Assembly: GCA_965203805.1 (NCBI GenBank)
Contig: OZ241917.1
Location: forward strand, 512,001-576,000
Length of the DNA: 64,000 nt
Direction of reading: 5' to 3'
From: Candidatus Latescibacterota bacterium
GTDB taxonomy: Bacteria; Latescibacterota; UBA2968; GCA-2709665
The first letter of the stretch is position 1. Each line of letters starts with the position of its first letter. Below, piece by piece: positions 47,183 to 57,607 of this stretch. The notes below the pieces were generated by a model. It had not been told where the DNA came from. It made no database searches and was given only the letters and a program-made list of their open reading frames with translations. Made by a program: the position numbers and the translations under genes.

Positions 47183-47677
47183 CTGGCTTGGACTCCTTGA
47201 GCGTGGTTGCCGGTCGGACGCCGGGTTTACCGGCCCCGCCTCGTGTTTCGTGACCAATGGCGGAGCCGCGCGCATTTTTCGGTCTTGAAATATATACCGG
47301 AAGCATGCTCGTTGTCAACAGAAACAGGCCGAATTCCGGGGTCCGTATGAAGTCATCGTCCGCCGGCGCCAAAATCCGGGGCTGTGGCCGAACAACGCGC
47401 TCTGCCCCGTTGAACGAGCGCTTTCGTGCGGGCTCCTTCCGGTTCGCACGAGCGGTTTGGGCTTGATTTCGGGTCGCCGTATTGCTTATTTTCTACCCCG
47501 ATCCACGGCGGATCGTCCTCAGGTCCGGAAGCTGCCGGGGCGATCCGGATACGATACCACCCATGCGCCACGAATGGCGCCCGCGAGCCGATTGCGCCGG
47601 ACCGCCCTAGGCGGGGCCATCCGGTCGTCCTGGCGCGGTCCTGGAATGGACAGATACATGCAGGTGCTGGAGGGTTG

Positions 47678-49198
47678 ATGGAACTCGGACTGCTGATCGA
47701 ATGGTTTCAGTCGGCTTTACTGGTGTTATATAGCGTGACACTTGGTCTGCTGTTGGTCTTCAGTCTGCACCGCCATGTGATGGTACGGCTGTATTTCAAG
47801 AACCGGCGCAACCGGCCGGCCCCGGCCGGCCGGTTCGAGGATTTGCCGAACGTGACGGTACAGCTGCCGGTTTACAACGAATTCTACGTGGTGGAGCGGC
47901 TGATCCGGTCCGTGGCCGAGTTCGACTATCCGAGAGACCGCCTGGAAATCCAGGTCCTGGACGATTCGACGGACGAGACCACCGAAGTGGCGATGCGTTG
48001 TGTGGCGGAGCTGAAAGAGGCGGGACATAACATCGCCTGCCTGCATCGCACGAATCGCACAGGGTACAAGGCGGGCGCCCTTGCCGAAGGCCTTCGCGTT
48101 GCCAGCGGCGAATTCGTGGCTGTATTTGACGCTGATTTTCTCCCGCCCAGGGAATTCCTAAAAAAGACAATCCACTTTTTTACCGACGAGGGCGTGGGTC
48201 TGGTGCAGGCGAGGTGGGATCATCTGAACCGCGACTATTCTCTGCTGACGCAGGTTCAGGCGATCTTTCTGGACGGGCATTTCATGATGGAGCACGGCGC
48301 CCGCAGCAGATCCGGACTGTTTTTCAACTTCAACGGCACCGCGGGCATCTGGCGCAGGCAATGTATCGACGACGCGGGAGGATGGGAGAACGACACCCTG
48401 ACCGAAGATCTCGATCTGAGCTATCGGGCGCAGTTGGCCGGGTGGCGATTTCTGTTTCTGGACGACGTGGCTGCGCCCGCCGAGTTGCCCGTGGAAATGA
48501 ACGCCTGGAAGACCCAGCAATTCCGCTGGTCCAAAGGCTCCACCCAGACGGCGCGCAAACTGGTTGGGCGTGTCCTGCGCGCGAGCCTGCCGTGGCGGGT
48601 GAAACTCGAAGCCCTGATCCATCTGAGCGGAAATTTCGCTTATCTGCTCATGGCCATGCTGGCCGCGCTGATCTTTCCTGCCGTGCTCGCCCGCCTGGAC
48701 CTGGGTTGGATCCGGATCGTCTTCGTGGATCTGCCGCTCTTCGTCTCCGCGACGGGGGCGGTATCCCGGTTCTACATCTACTCGCAGAAGGAACTTTATC
48801 CGGACTGGACGAGTCGAATCAAATACATGCCCTGTGTGCTGGCGGCCGGTATGGGTATTTCGTTCAATAATGCCAGGGCTGTGCTCGAGGCGTTGGCGGG
48901 GCACCAGACGGAGTTTACCAGAACGCCGAAGTACCAGGTTGTGGACCGCCGGGACACCTGGCGCGGCAAGCGTTACGCCGTGCACAAAAATGCGCTTTCA
49001 GTCGTCGAACTCGCCGTGGGGTTGTATTTTCTGTGGGTGATCGGGTATGCGCTCGGCCATCGGATATATTTCCCGGTCCCGTTTCTCGCGCTTTTCAGCC
49101 TGGGTTTCTTCTACGTGGGATGGATGTCGCTGTTTCAGGGGCGCTTTCAACGCCTCCGGGCAGCGTTTTCCAGAACGGAGGCGCCTGCGGCGGACTGA
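47678..49198 (+). CDS. glycosyltransferase family 2 (cellulose synthase-like) membrane protein
   Basis: VQLP.YNE, QVLDDSTD, GYKAGAL, FDADF, FNGTAG, TEDLDL and QQFRW (D,D,D,QxxRW) with C-terminal TM segments. Confidence 0.92.
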   Translation: MELGLLIEWFQSALLVLYSVTLGLLLVFSLHRHVMVRLYFKNRRNRPAPAGRFEDLPNVTVQLPVYNEFYVVERLIRSVAEFDYPRDRLEIQVLDDSTDETTEVAMRCVAELKEAGHNIACLHRTNRTGYKAGALAEGLRVASGEFVAVFDADFLPPREFLKKTIHFFTDEGVGLVQARWDHLNRDYSLLTQVQAIFLDGHFMMEHGARSRSGLFFNFNGTAGIWRRQCIDDAGGWENDTLTEDLDLSYRAQLAGWRFLFLDDVAAPAELPVEMNAWKTQQFRWSKGSTQTARKLVGRVLRASLPWRVKLEALIHLSGNFAYLLMAMLAALIFPAVLARLDLGWIRIVFVDLPLFVSATGAVSRFYIYSQKELYPDWTSRIKYMPCVLAAGMGISFNNARAVLEALAGHQTEFTRTPKYQVVDRRDTWRGKRYAVHKNALSVVELAVGLYFLWVIGYALGHRIYFPVPFLALFSLGFFYVGWMSLFQGRFQRLRAAFSRTEAPAAD

Positions 49199-49257
49199 TA
49201 CGACGTCCCACTATCATTTACGGTACGCAAACCTTCAAATCTCCACGTGGTATTCTT

Positions 49258-50145
49258 GTGACGGCGCGCATCGGACGCTTTTTCGCCAATCGATATACGC
49301 TTGCCTACGGGACGGCACTGGTTGCGCATCTGCTGTTTTTCGTCTTTTACGCGTCCCTGTTGAGCCTTGTGCCGCAACCGCGGATCGACGCGTCCGACCG
49401 CGAGTCCAGGCCGATGACTTTCGAATTCGTGGAGTTGCCCGATCCTGTGCAGGACGAACAGCCGCCGGATGCGACGTCTTTGCGTTCGGACCGTGTCTCG
49501 CGGGCGAAGGACCTCCACGACCTGCCCCTGCCGCAATCGCACCTGCCCTACACAAACGGCCTGGTGCAATCACCCTCGCGGTTACGACCCGATGTGGGAC
49601 GTGATGGCGATGGCGGCGAGCGGGGCGAAACCGACGCCCGCACCCGCGCCGACCGGGAGGAAGCGGAGCCCGACGAGACTTCTACGGATTTCGCGACACT
49701 GATGAAGCCGCGAAGAACGTGGACCCCCCGGCAGCCGAAAAGCGCGTTGTTCGGACGTCCGGCCCGGCCCGGCGTGTTGCCCATGAAAAACCTGCGGAGC
49801 CACGCCCTCGAGGAGGGAGGGCTGCAACTGAGCACGTATGACTGGGAATTCGCGCCGTACCTGGCATACCTCAAACGCCACATTGGAGACCACATTCATC
49901 CGCCGGCCGCGTTCACGCAGCTGGGGCTCATCCAGGGCCGGACGCGACTGAAATTCCGGATCCTGCCGGACGGAAGCCTCGAGGGTCTTGAGGTCATCGA
50001 CTTCGACGGCAGCCCTTACCTGCGGGATACCAGCACGCGCGCGGTGGAACTGTCGGCGGATTTCCGGCCTCTGCCGGCCCACTTTCCGGAGGAATTTCTG
50101 GAGATTACCGCCCTGTTCCACTATCTGTTACTGGATTCCCGATAA
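49258..50145 (+). CDS. TonB/TolA-family energy transducer
   Basis: N-terminal TM with His (ALVAHLL), low-complexity linker and C-terminal G...LKF.I..DG...LP..FP domain; precedes exbBD. Confidence 0.7.
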   Translation: MTARIGRFFANRYTLAYGTALVAHLLFFVFYASLLSLVPQPRIDASDRESRPMTFEFVELPDPVQDEQPPDATSLRSDRVSRAKDLHDLPLPQSHLPYTNGLVQSPSRLRPDVGRDGDGGERGETDARTRADREEAEPDETSTDFATLMKPRRTWTPRQPKSALFGRPARPGVLPMKNLRSHALEEGGLQLSTYDWEFAPYLAYLKRHIGDHIHPPAAFTQLGLIQGRTRLKFRILPDGSLEGLEVIDFDGSPYLRDTSTRAVELSADFRPLPAHFPEEFLEITALFHYLLLDSR

Positions 50146-50162
50146 CACCGGAGCACCCGCAT

Positions 50163-50789
50163 ATGGGATGGGAGTTGTTCGTGCAGGGGGGGTTGATGAT
50201 GTATCCCCTCACGCTGTGTTCAATCCTTACGGTGGCAATCACCCTGGAGCGGGCGTTCAGTCTGCGGCGCCACAGGATCATTCGCGGAGAGATTGTCAGC
50301 GTCATCGAGAACATAAACGGCCCTGAGGATATCGGCCTGGCGGTATCGGTGTGCAACCAGTACGAAGGGCCATTCGCTCAGGTTGTGCGGGCCGGCCTCA
50401 ACAACCGTCACCTGACTCCGGATGAGATCAGAGAAAGCATCGTGGACCAGGGGCGCCAGGAAATGGGGAAGCTCCAGAAGGGGATCGTCGTTCTTGAAAC
50501 CGTCGCCAGCGTTTCTCCGCTGCTGGGGCTGCTGGGTACGGTTCTGGGGATGATCAAGGTTTTTCGCGAGATTTCGGAAGTGGGCATCGGGCAGGGCAAC
50601 CTGCTCGCGGGTGGGATCGCCGAGGCGATCCTGACAACCGGCGCCGGTCTGTTCATTGCGATTCCGTCTCTGGTGTTCTTCAATTTTTTCAGCAGCAAGG
50701 CCGAGAGTCTGGTCCTGGAAATTGAGAAATATTCCAACACGCTGCTGAAAAAGCTGCGAGACTTCAAGATGCATGGGCCGGAGAATTGA
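50163..50789 (+). CDS. exbB: MotA/TolQ/ExbB proton channel protein
   Basis: GG..MYPL, PLLGLLGTV.GMI..F and GIAEA..T.AGL..AIP. Confidence 0.85.
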   Translation: MGWELFVQGGLMMYPLTLCSILTVAITLERAFSLRRHRIIRGEIVSVIENINGPEDIGLAVSVCNQYEGPFAQVVRAGLNNRHLTPDEIRESIVDQGRQEMGKLQKGIVVLETVASVSPLLGLLGTVLGMIKVFREISEVGIGQGNLLAGGIAEAILTTGAGLFIAIPSLVFFNFFSSKAESLVLEIEKYSNTLLKKLRDFKMHGPEN

Positions 50790-50800
50790 GGGGCCGCGAT

Positions 50801-51214
50801 ATGCAGTTGTATCAGAAACCCAGGCGACGGCCGTCTATCAACATCACGTCACTGATCGACGTCTTGTTTCTGCTCCTGACCTTCTTCCTGGTGACGACAT
50901 CTTTCATCGAGCAGTCCGCGCTGAAGGTGGAACTGCCATCCATGGAAAACGTGGACCGGGTCCGGCAGCCGAAACGCTTCGTGCTCGATGTGGCTCCGGA
51001 CGGCCGGATACATTACGACGGCGAGCCGGTCGAGCGGAACGCGCTGGGTGACCGGCTGAAGACGGCTTCGAATGATGTTAACGCCGCAGGCGGGCTCGTG
51101 TTGAGGGCCGACCGGGACCTCCCCCACGGCGAGGTGATGGGCGTTCTGGACATCATCCGAGGGGCGGGAATCAGGCGATTTGTGATTGCGACGGCGACGT
51201 CGGGGCCCGGATGA
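50801..51214 (+). CDS. exbD: ExbD/TolR biopolymer transport protein
   Basis: INITSLIDVLFLLL.FF and LRAD......V..V.D. Confidence 0.85.
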   Translation: MQLYQKPRRRPSINITSLIDVLFLLLTFFLVTTSFIEQSALKVELPSMENVDRVRQPKRFVLDVAPDGRIHYDGEPVERNALGDRLKTASNDVNAAGGLVLRADRDLPHGEVMGVLDIIRGAGIRRFVIATATSGPG

Positions 51215-51297
51215 AACACCGTTCAATCGTGTCTTGCATTGTCCATGTTGTTCAGGTCTTCGATTGCGTGCTCGTAGATTGTCCTGCGGGAGGATGC

Positions 51298-52629
51298 ATG
51301 TCCAGATTTCAACAGGTCGTCTTTTTATGCGCCATAGCGGTCCTTTCGGGATGCGGGGAAGGTGAAAGAGGACGGGCCCGCCGCGGCGAACAGCGCCGGG
51401 GCGCGGCGGTACCCGTAAGGGTAGAGCCCGTGAACCGTCGGGACATTTCGAATTATATTCTGGCCAATACAACGCTGGAGGCGTTTCAATGGGTGGACGT
51501 GCGTGCCAGGACGTCCGGACAGGTCGTGGAGATCCTCAGGGAAGAGGGTGATCGCGTCAGGGAAGGCACGGTGCTTGCGCGTCTGGATTCGGAGGAACCG
51601 ACGTTACAGGTCAATCGCATGGAGGTGGCCTACCTCGACGCGCGCCGGTCCTTCGAGCGAGATGAAAAACTGTTCAAGCGGGAACTCCTCAGCAAGGAAC
51701 GGTATGAGAACTCCAGGGGGCAGATGGACCGCGCCTACACCGAACTGAAACAGGCGCGGCTGAATCTGAGCTATACGACCATTGCTTCACCACTCAACGG
51801 CAGACTGACCATTCGAAGCGTCGAGGTCGGAAACATGGTGACCGCGAATCAGGCGGTGTTTTCCGTGGCGGTCTTCGACCCGCTGCTCGCCCGCATCCGG
51901 ATACCGGAAAAAAACATGGGCAAAGTGGCGATCGGCCAGGGCGCGAGAGTCGCCGTGGAGTCCGCGCCGGGTCGGGTGTTTCGCGGCGTTGTGAAGATGA
52001 TCAGCCCCGTCGTGGATCCGGAGAGCGGAACCATCAAGGTCACCATCCAGGTTCCTGGCGCCGGAAACGGAATCCTCCGGCCGGGCATGTTCGCATCGGT
52101 ACATATCATCACCGAAGTACACAGGAACACACTGGTGATACCCAAGAGAGCGCTCGTCCTCGAAGGCGAGGGAAATCAGGTCTTCGTGTATGAACGGGAC
52201 GGCGAACAGGGCGCGGGAAGGGCGGTGCGCCGGAAGGTCGGGATGGGATTTGCCGACAATGAATACCTGGAGATTCTGAACGGCCTGTCAGAGGGAGAAA
52301 AGGTCATCACCGTCGGGCACGACGGCCTGCGTCCGGGCACAGCCGTGCGTCTGGTGGGCGAGGGGGTCCCGGAGACGGCGGCGGGGGAAGAGCGGACAGG
52401 TGGCGGGTCCCCGGGATGGGGAGGCGGCCAACGGGGCGGCGGTGAGAACGGCCGGCTGAAGGCAATGAAGGAACGGTTGCTCGCCCGGTTTCCCGATCTG
52501 AAGAAGGCGTATGACGAACGGCTAAAGGAAGATCCGGATCTCGCCACGAGCAGTGAAAAGTGGCGCGCGTTCGTGGGTGAAATGCGCCGTGCGGGGATAC
52601 TGCCGGCCGGGGGCGGGAGACCACAATGA
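51298..52629 (+). CDS. RND efflux periplasmic adaptor (MFP), lipoprotein
   Basis: Lipobox LSGC, G.V......EG..V..G..LA.LD, I.SP..G and LRPGMF. Confidence 0.88.
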   Translation: MSRFQQVVFLCAIAVLSGCGEGERGRARRGEQRRGAAVPVRVEPVNRRDISNYILANTTLEAFQWVDVRARTSGQVVEILREEGDRVREGTVLARLDSEEPTLQVNRMEVAYLDARRSFERDEKLFKRELLSKERYENSRGQMDRAYTELKQARLNLSYTTIASPLNGRLTIRSVEVGNMVTANQAVFSVAVFDPLLARIRIPEKNMGKVAIGQGARVAVESAPGRVFRGVVKMISPVVDPESGTIKVTIQVPGAGNGILRPGMFASVHIITEVHRNTLVIPKRALVLEGEGNQVFVYERDGEQGAGRAVRRKVGMGFADNEYLEILNGLSEGEKVITVGHDGLRPGTAVRLVGEGVPETAAGEERTGGGSPGWGGGQRGGGENGRLKAMKERLLARFPDLKKAYDERLKEDPDLATSSEKWRAFVGEMRRAGILPAGGGRPQ

Positions 52630-55600
52630 AGCTGATCGAGTTTTCGACCCGCCGCAGGGTTACGGTGACGATGTTCGTTGTCGCGGCCGTGATTTTCGGT
52701 CTGGTCGCGTTTCGCCGGCTTTCGATCAATTTGCTTCCTGATATCACCTATCCCACGCTGACGGTGCGTACCGAATACGAAGGCACGGCGCCGGCGGAAA
52801 TGGAACGCCTGGTAACGGAACCCGTTGAGGGCGCCGTGGGGGTGGTAACGAATGTCGTAAAGGTGAGTTCAACGTCGCGTCCGGGCGTGTCTGAAGTGGT
52901 CGTGGAGTTTTCATGGGGTACGGACATGGACTTCGCATCGCTGGACATCCGGGAGAAGCTGGACCGGTTGCAGCTTCCGCAGGGTGCGGAAAAGCCGGTC
53001 CTGCTGCGTTTCGACCCGTCGCTGGATCCGATTATGCGGATCGGGCTCTACGGACCGGAGAGTCTGGTGGCCCTTCGTCTGTTGGCCGAGGAACATATCA
53101 AGCTGGATCTGGAGAGCCTCGAGGGCGTTGCCGCCGCGCGCGTGAACGGGGGCCTTGAAGAGGAGATACACATCGAACTGGACGAACCCAGGCTGGCCTC
53201 TCTGCGCATCCCGGTACAACAGGTCGTCGCACGCCTGGGCCAGGAGAATGTGAATCTCACCGGCGGGCAGCTCAAGGACGGGGAAGCGGAGTACGTGGTG
53301 CGCACGGTCAACGAGTTTCGCTCGGTCGAGGAGATCCGGGACGTCGTTGTGGGCGAACGGCAGGCCGCCGCCATCACGCTCTCGGACGTGGGCCTCGTGT
53401 TCCGGGGACACAAGGAACGCAAGGTAATCAACCGGATGAACGGGCGCGAGAGCGTGGAACTGGCCGTATACAAGGAAGGCGACGCCAATACCGTGACCGT
53501 CGCCGGGCGGGTGACCGAGGCTCTGGAGCGCTTTAAGAAAGAGACCGGGGCTCTGCCGTCCGGCGCACAAATCGAGGTTGTTTTCAGCCAGGCGACGTTT
53601 ATAAGGGCGTCCGTCGCCGAGGTGCTCAACACGGCAATTATGGGTGGCGTCCTGGCGGTGATTGTGCTGTACCTGTTTCTGGGCAATCCTCGAAGTACGG
53701 CGATCATCAGTCTTTCGATTCCGATCTCCGTCGTTTCAACCTTTCTGCTGATGTTCAGTTCGGATGTCAGCCTGAATATCATGTCCCTGGGGGGGTTGGC
53801 GCTGGGGATCGGCATGCTGGTGGACAACTCCATTGTCGTACTGGAAAGCATTCAACGGTACCGTGAGGAGGGTCAATCGTCGCTGGAGGCGACGGTAAAG
53901 GGAGCCGGGGAGGTGGGGAAAGCGGTGGTTGCTTCCACCCTGACCACGATCTGCGTCTTCGTGCCCATCGTCTTTGTCGAAGGGATCGCCGGTCAGCTGT
54001 TCCGCGACCAGGCGTTAACGGTGACGTTTTCCCTGGTGGCCTCATTGCTGGTCGCGCTCACGCTGATTCCGATGCTGGCTTCAATTGACTTCAGCCGGAG
54101 GGAAGAGGAACCGGGGGCGGGCCGCCGGCGCGTGCGTCCTCACCCTGCCATCGGAGCGGCAAGGGGAATCGGCATCGTTCTGCACGTGGTCCGTGCGCTG
54201 GCCAGGGTGGTAATCAGGTTGCTATATCCGGTTTTCTGGCTCTTCGAACGGATCATGGGCGGCGCCTATCGAATCTATCCCCGGGTGATCGGCTGGGCGC
54301 TGAGCCATCGCGCCGCCGTGCTCCTCTTCGCGCTGGCGCTGGCAGGCGCGTCCGGATTGCTGGCCGGATTTCTGGGAAGCGAGTTGATTCCGGAGATGAG
54401 CCAGGGTGAATTCAGCATTTCCGTGACAATGCCGGTGGGTACCCCGCTCGTCGCGACCGAACGGATGATTCGCGGGATGGAACGGATCGTCCAGGCCCAG
54501 CCGGAGGTGGCGCTGGTCTACAGCACCGTTGGCCTGAGCGGATCGTCCGACGGGTCCGCCGGAGAGGAGCGCGAAAACGTCGGCCAGATTCATGCGGCGC
54601 TGAAAGAGGGAATCATCCGGGATCGTGAAGACGCTGTGATGGATCGATTGAGGCAGGAATTCCGGGGCATACCCTCCGCGGAGTGCAAGTTCGCCCGCCC
54701 CTCGTTCTTCACATCCAGGACACCCGTCGAGGTTGAGATTTCCGGATACAACCTGGGCGCCTTGAGGGCATTGTCCGAACAGCTGGCCCGCAGTATGGAG
54801 GACGTTCCCGGGCTGGTCGACGTGAAGACAAGCGCCGAGGGAGGCAATCCGGAGGTGCAGATCCGCTTTAATCGGAAGTGGGTGGCGCAGATGGGGACGA
54901 GCATCAATGAGATAGGAAGGCTTGTCAGGAACAAAATCCAGGGAGAGGTGGCGACGGAGTTTGCCCAGGGCGACAGGAAGGTGGATATTCGCGTACGTGC
55001 GGACGAGCAGCACCGGGCCACGGTTGATGATCTCAAACGCCTCATTGTGAGTCCGGCCGGTGCGTCGGCGCCCATTCCCCTTGAGGTGGTTGCGGACCTG
55101 TCCGTTGAGATGGGCCCCGCCGAGATCCTGCGGGCGGACCAGGAGCGCGTGGCGGTCGTTTCCGCAAATCTTGAAGGTCGCAGCCTGAGCGAAGCGGTGG
55201 AAGACATCGAAGCCGTGATACGGGACATGGACTATCCTCCCGACTACAATATCAAGGTCGGTGGGCAAAACGAAGAGCGAAAGCGGTCGTTCGAGAGTAT
55301 GCGCCTGGCCATACTGCTGGCGGTATTTCTGGTTTACCTGGTGATGGCTTCCCAGTTCGAGTCGCTGATCCATCCCTTTGTGATCATGTTTTCCATTCCC
55401 TTCGGCCTGGTGGGTGTGGTCTGGCTGTTGCTGGCAACCGGCCAGACGGTGAGCGTGGTGGTGTTGATCGGGCTGATTATGCTGGCGGGAATCGTCGTGA
55501 ACAACGCGATTGTGCTGATTGATTATATCAACACCCTGCGCCGGGAGCAAGGCATGGGGAAGCGGGAGGCGATCGAGAGCGCCTGCCAGGTCAGGCTGCG

Positions 55601-55892
55601 CCCGATTCTGATGACGACGTCAACCACGGTGTTGGGGCTGTTGCCCATGGCCACCGGCATCTTCGACTTCAGGCCGCTCGTGGCCAACGTGGAATCCGGC
55701 CTGACAGACGTATTGCCGGGTGGCGCGCTGGCGCAGATAATGGGTGCCCTGAACGTCGTGTTTCCGGTGGGGCAGGGCGCGGAAATCCGCGCGCCGATGG
55801 CAATCACCGTAATCGGCGGACTGGTGGTTTCCACACTGGTGACGCTGGTACTGATTCCCACGCTCTACTCGCTTGTCGACCGGAAGACGTAG
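52626..55892 (+). CDS. RND efflux permease (AcrB/AcrD/AcrF family)
   Basis: GMLVDNSIVV.E.I, GIVVNNAIVL.D, RLRPILMT; 12-TM pattern. Confidence 0.93.
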   Translation: MKLIEFSTRRRVTVTMFVVAAVIFGLVAFRRLSINLLPDITYPTLTVRTEYEGTAPAEMERLVTEPVEGAVGVVTNVVKVSSTSRPGVSEVVVEFSWGTDMDFASLDIREKLDRLQLPQGAEKPVLLRFDPSLDPIMRIGLYGPESLVALRLLAEEHIKLDLESLEGVAAARVNGGLEEEIHIELDEPRLASLRIPVQQVVARLGQENVNLTGGQLKDGEAEYVVRTVNEFRSVEEIRDVVVGERQAAAITLSDVGLVFRGHKERKVINRMNGRESVELAVYKEGDANTVTVAGRVTEALERFKKETGALPSGAQIEVVFSQATFIRASVAEVLNTAIMGGVLAVIVLYLFLGNPRSTAIISLSIPISVVSTFLLMFSSDVSLNIMSLGGLALGIGMLVDNSIVVLESIQRYREEGQSSLEATVKGAGEVGKAVVASTLTTICVFVPIVFVEGIAGQLFRDQALTVTFSLVASLLVALTLIPMLASIDFSRREEEPGAGRRRVRPHPAIGAARGIGIVLHVVRALARVVIRLLYPVFWLFERIMGGAYRIYPRVIGWALSHRAAVLLFALALAGASGLLAGFLGSELIPEMSQGEFSISVTMPVGTPLVATERMIRGMERIVQAQPEVALVYSTVGLSGSSDGSAGEERENVGQIHAALKEGIIRDREDAVMDRLRQEFRGIPSAECKFARPSFFTSRTPVEVEISGYNLGALRALSEQLARSMEDVPGLVDVKTSAEGGNPEVQIRFNRKWVAQMGTSINEIGRLVRNKIQGEVATEFAQGDRKVDIRVRADEQHRATVDDLKRLIVSPAGASAPIPLEVVADLSVEMGPAEILRADQERVAVVSANLEGRSLSEAVEDIEAVIRDMDYPPDYNIKVGGQNEERKRSFESMRLAILLAVFLVYLVMASQFESLIHPFVIMFSIPFGLVGVVWLLLATGQTVSVVVLIGLIMLAGIVVNNAIVLIDYINTLRREQGMGKREAIESACQVRLRPILMTTSTTVLGLLPMATGIFDFRPLVANVESGLTDVLPGGALAQIMGALNVVFPVGQGAEIRAPMAITVIGGLVVSTLVTLVLIPTLYSLVDRKT

Positions 55893-55980
55893 GTTCAGGA
55901 TGTCGTGTTCTATCCCGTAGACGGGTGATCGCCTGTTGACGTTTCTCAGGGCGGAACGCGGACAGCCGGCTGGAGAGGAA

Positions 55981-56751
55981 ATGAATCCGTGTGCGGACAC
56001 GAACTCGGAGAATGATGCGTACCGGAAGCGTGTGAGGTCCAGTTCGCTGTCGGAACTGGAGGACATGTACACGCACGTGGATCGAGGTCAATATCCGGAC
56101 CGGGCGCAGAAACTTCGGGAGGAGATCGGCAATCGGCTGACGGTCCTCGAAGACCGCCCCGACCGGCCGGTCCCGAACAGCCCGGTCCCGGCGGGCGTGA
56201 TCCGGCGTCTTTGGGCGAGCCTGATCGATCATTTCATACATCTCCTGATACTTGGCGCGTTGTTCCTCGCAGGCTGGTCGGTGCTTCAGCTCGTATCGGG
56301 ACCACGGTCGGACGGGCCGTCGGCTGCCGCCGTCTCCGCGCGCCGCGGACCGTCGACGCTGCAAGGATTCGTTTCCGGTCTGCTGGCTGGCGACGCGGCG
56401 GCCTGGAAGAATGGCGAACAGTGGTCCCGGGCGGGAATGGTTGCGTTGTTTTTTTTGATTCTAAAGGCGTTGATGGTCGTCCCGGCGTGGGGGCGTACCG
56501 GAAATACACCCGGAATGAGAGAGGCGGGCATCCGGCTTGCCCGCGGGAACGGGGAACCCGTGGGTGTGAAGCGGGCGCTGGCGCGATTCTGTGTACAGTA
56601 CCCGTTGTTCTGGCTGACGCTGGGTATCAGCACGCTTTGGATGATCCGGGACAAGAGGAAGCAGGCGCTACACGACAGGCTGACGGACACGTGTGTAATA
56701 CGGGAGTACCGTACCTGGGAGAAGCGGAACGAAGACCGGGTCTTCGACTAG
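55981..56751 (+). CDS. RDD family membrane protein
   Basis: RR..A.LID, G.TPG and Q.LHD....T.V motifs. Confidence 0.8.
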   Translation: MNPCADTNSENDAYRKRVRSSSLSELEDMYTHVDRGQYPDRAQKLREEIGNRLTVLEDRPDRPVPNSPVPAGVIRRLWASLIDHFIHLLILGALFLAGWSVLQLVSGPRSDGPSAAAVSARRGPSTLQGFVSGLLAGDAAAWKNGEQWSRAGMVALFFLILKALMVVPAWGRTGNTPGMREAGIRLARGNGEPVGVKRALARFCVQYPLFWLTLGISTLWMIRDKRKQALHDRLTDTCVIREYRTWEKRNEDRVFD

Positions 56752-56777
56752 CCGGATGCGGTCTCACGAATTCGGGT

Positions 56778-56806
56778 TGCCTTTTACCACCTGTTTTGTT
56801 ATACTG
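56778..56806 (+). promoter_or_regulatory. sigma70 promoter candidate
   Basis: TTGCCT-17nt-TATACT, about 240 nt before the 57045 ORF. Confidence 0.4.
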
Positions 56807-57044
56807 TGCTAACTCTTCCTCCGGACCAACGCCTTGCTGCCGCACGTACCCCCCCACCATGGCGTCATTTCCCGGTTCTTTCAAATCTCAGGCATTCATC
56901 TGACGGTCCCGGGGTGCGCCCCTCTCAGGGCAACTGCCCCGTGTCTGAGGAGAATCCGCGAAACTTTTGCGTGATTCATGCTGTCTAATCGTAATGGCGG
57001 GCTCACGGACGGGAGAACAGTCTTCAATTTGCAGGAGTCTGGTT

Positions 57045-57482
57045 ATGCGTAAGCGGGTCCCGCAGGCGGTTTGCTGCCTGCTTGCACTTGCCGTCGGAAT
57101 CACAGCCGAACCGGTTCAGGCGAAATCTTTCTTTACGTCCCGCCGGACGTTCGGCGTTCTGTTTCTGGGCGGGAGCGCGGTCATGGCCAAGAAGGCCGTC
57201 GATTTCCGCAGGGACGCCGACAGGACCTACGATGCCTATAAGCTCGCCCGTACATCGGAAGAGGCGGAACGCCTGTATGACCGAACGGGCGACTACGATA
57301 CAAAGAGCAAAATGAGTGTCGGACTCTCTGTCGTTCTGTTGGCCAGCGGTTTGCGACTGATACTCTCAAGCGGTGTCGATGAGGACCCCTCGAAGGTCCG
57401 TCGGAAGCGGAAGTTCAACGTGGACCTGACGAGCGACGTCAACAAGCGAACGGTCAGGGTTGCCGTACAACGACATTTTTAA
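57045..57482 (+). CDS. exported hypothetical protein
   Basis: RBS AGGAG, signal peptide ending VQA, two hydrophobic segments and a C-terminal amphipathic strand ending in Phe. Confidence 0.7.
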   Translation: MRKRVPQAVCCLLALAVGITAEPVQAKSFFTSRRTFGVLFLGGSAVMAKKAVDFRRDADRTYDAYKLARTSEEAERLYDRTGDYDTKSKMSVGLSVVLLASGLRLILSSGVDEDPSKVRRKRKFNVDLTSDVNKRTVRVAVQRHF

Positions 57483-57607
57483 TGGTGGAGACCAGGAAGC
57501 TGTTTTGAAATTCCAGGTGAGTTCCCGAGCGCGATCAAAAAGTGGCGGTTATGAGGCGCGGGGGGCGCGTAGCGCCGCCGGAATTTTCGTGCATTAAGGA
57601 GAGATTT

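Noticed and set aside
47515-47545. SRP RNA (CAGGTCCGGAAG)
   Set aside because: The following GAAGCAGC and the long enclosing helix are missing.
56880-56955. tandem glycine riboswitch (two CTCAGG motifs)
   Set aside because: The required GGAGA and CCGAAG elements are absent, and the downstream genes are unrelated to glycine.
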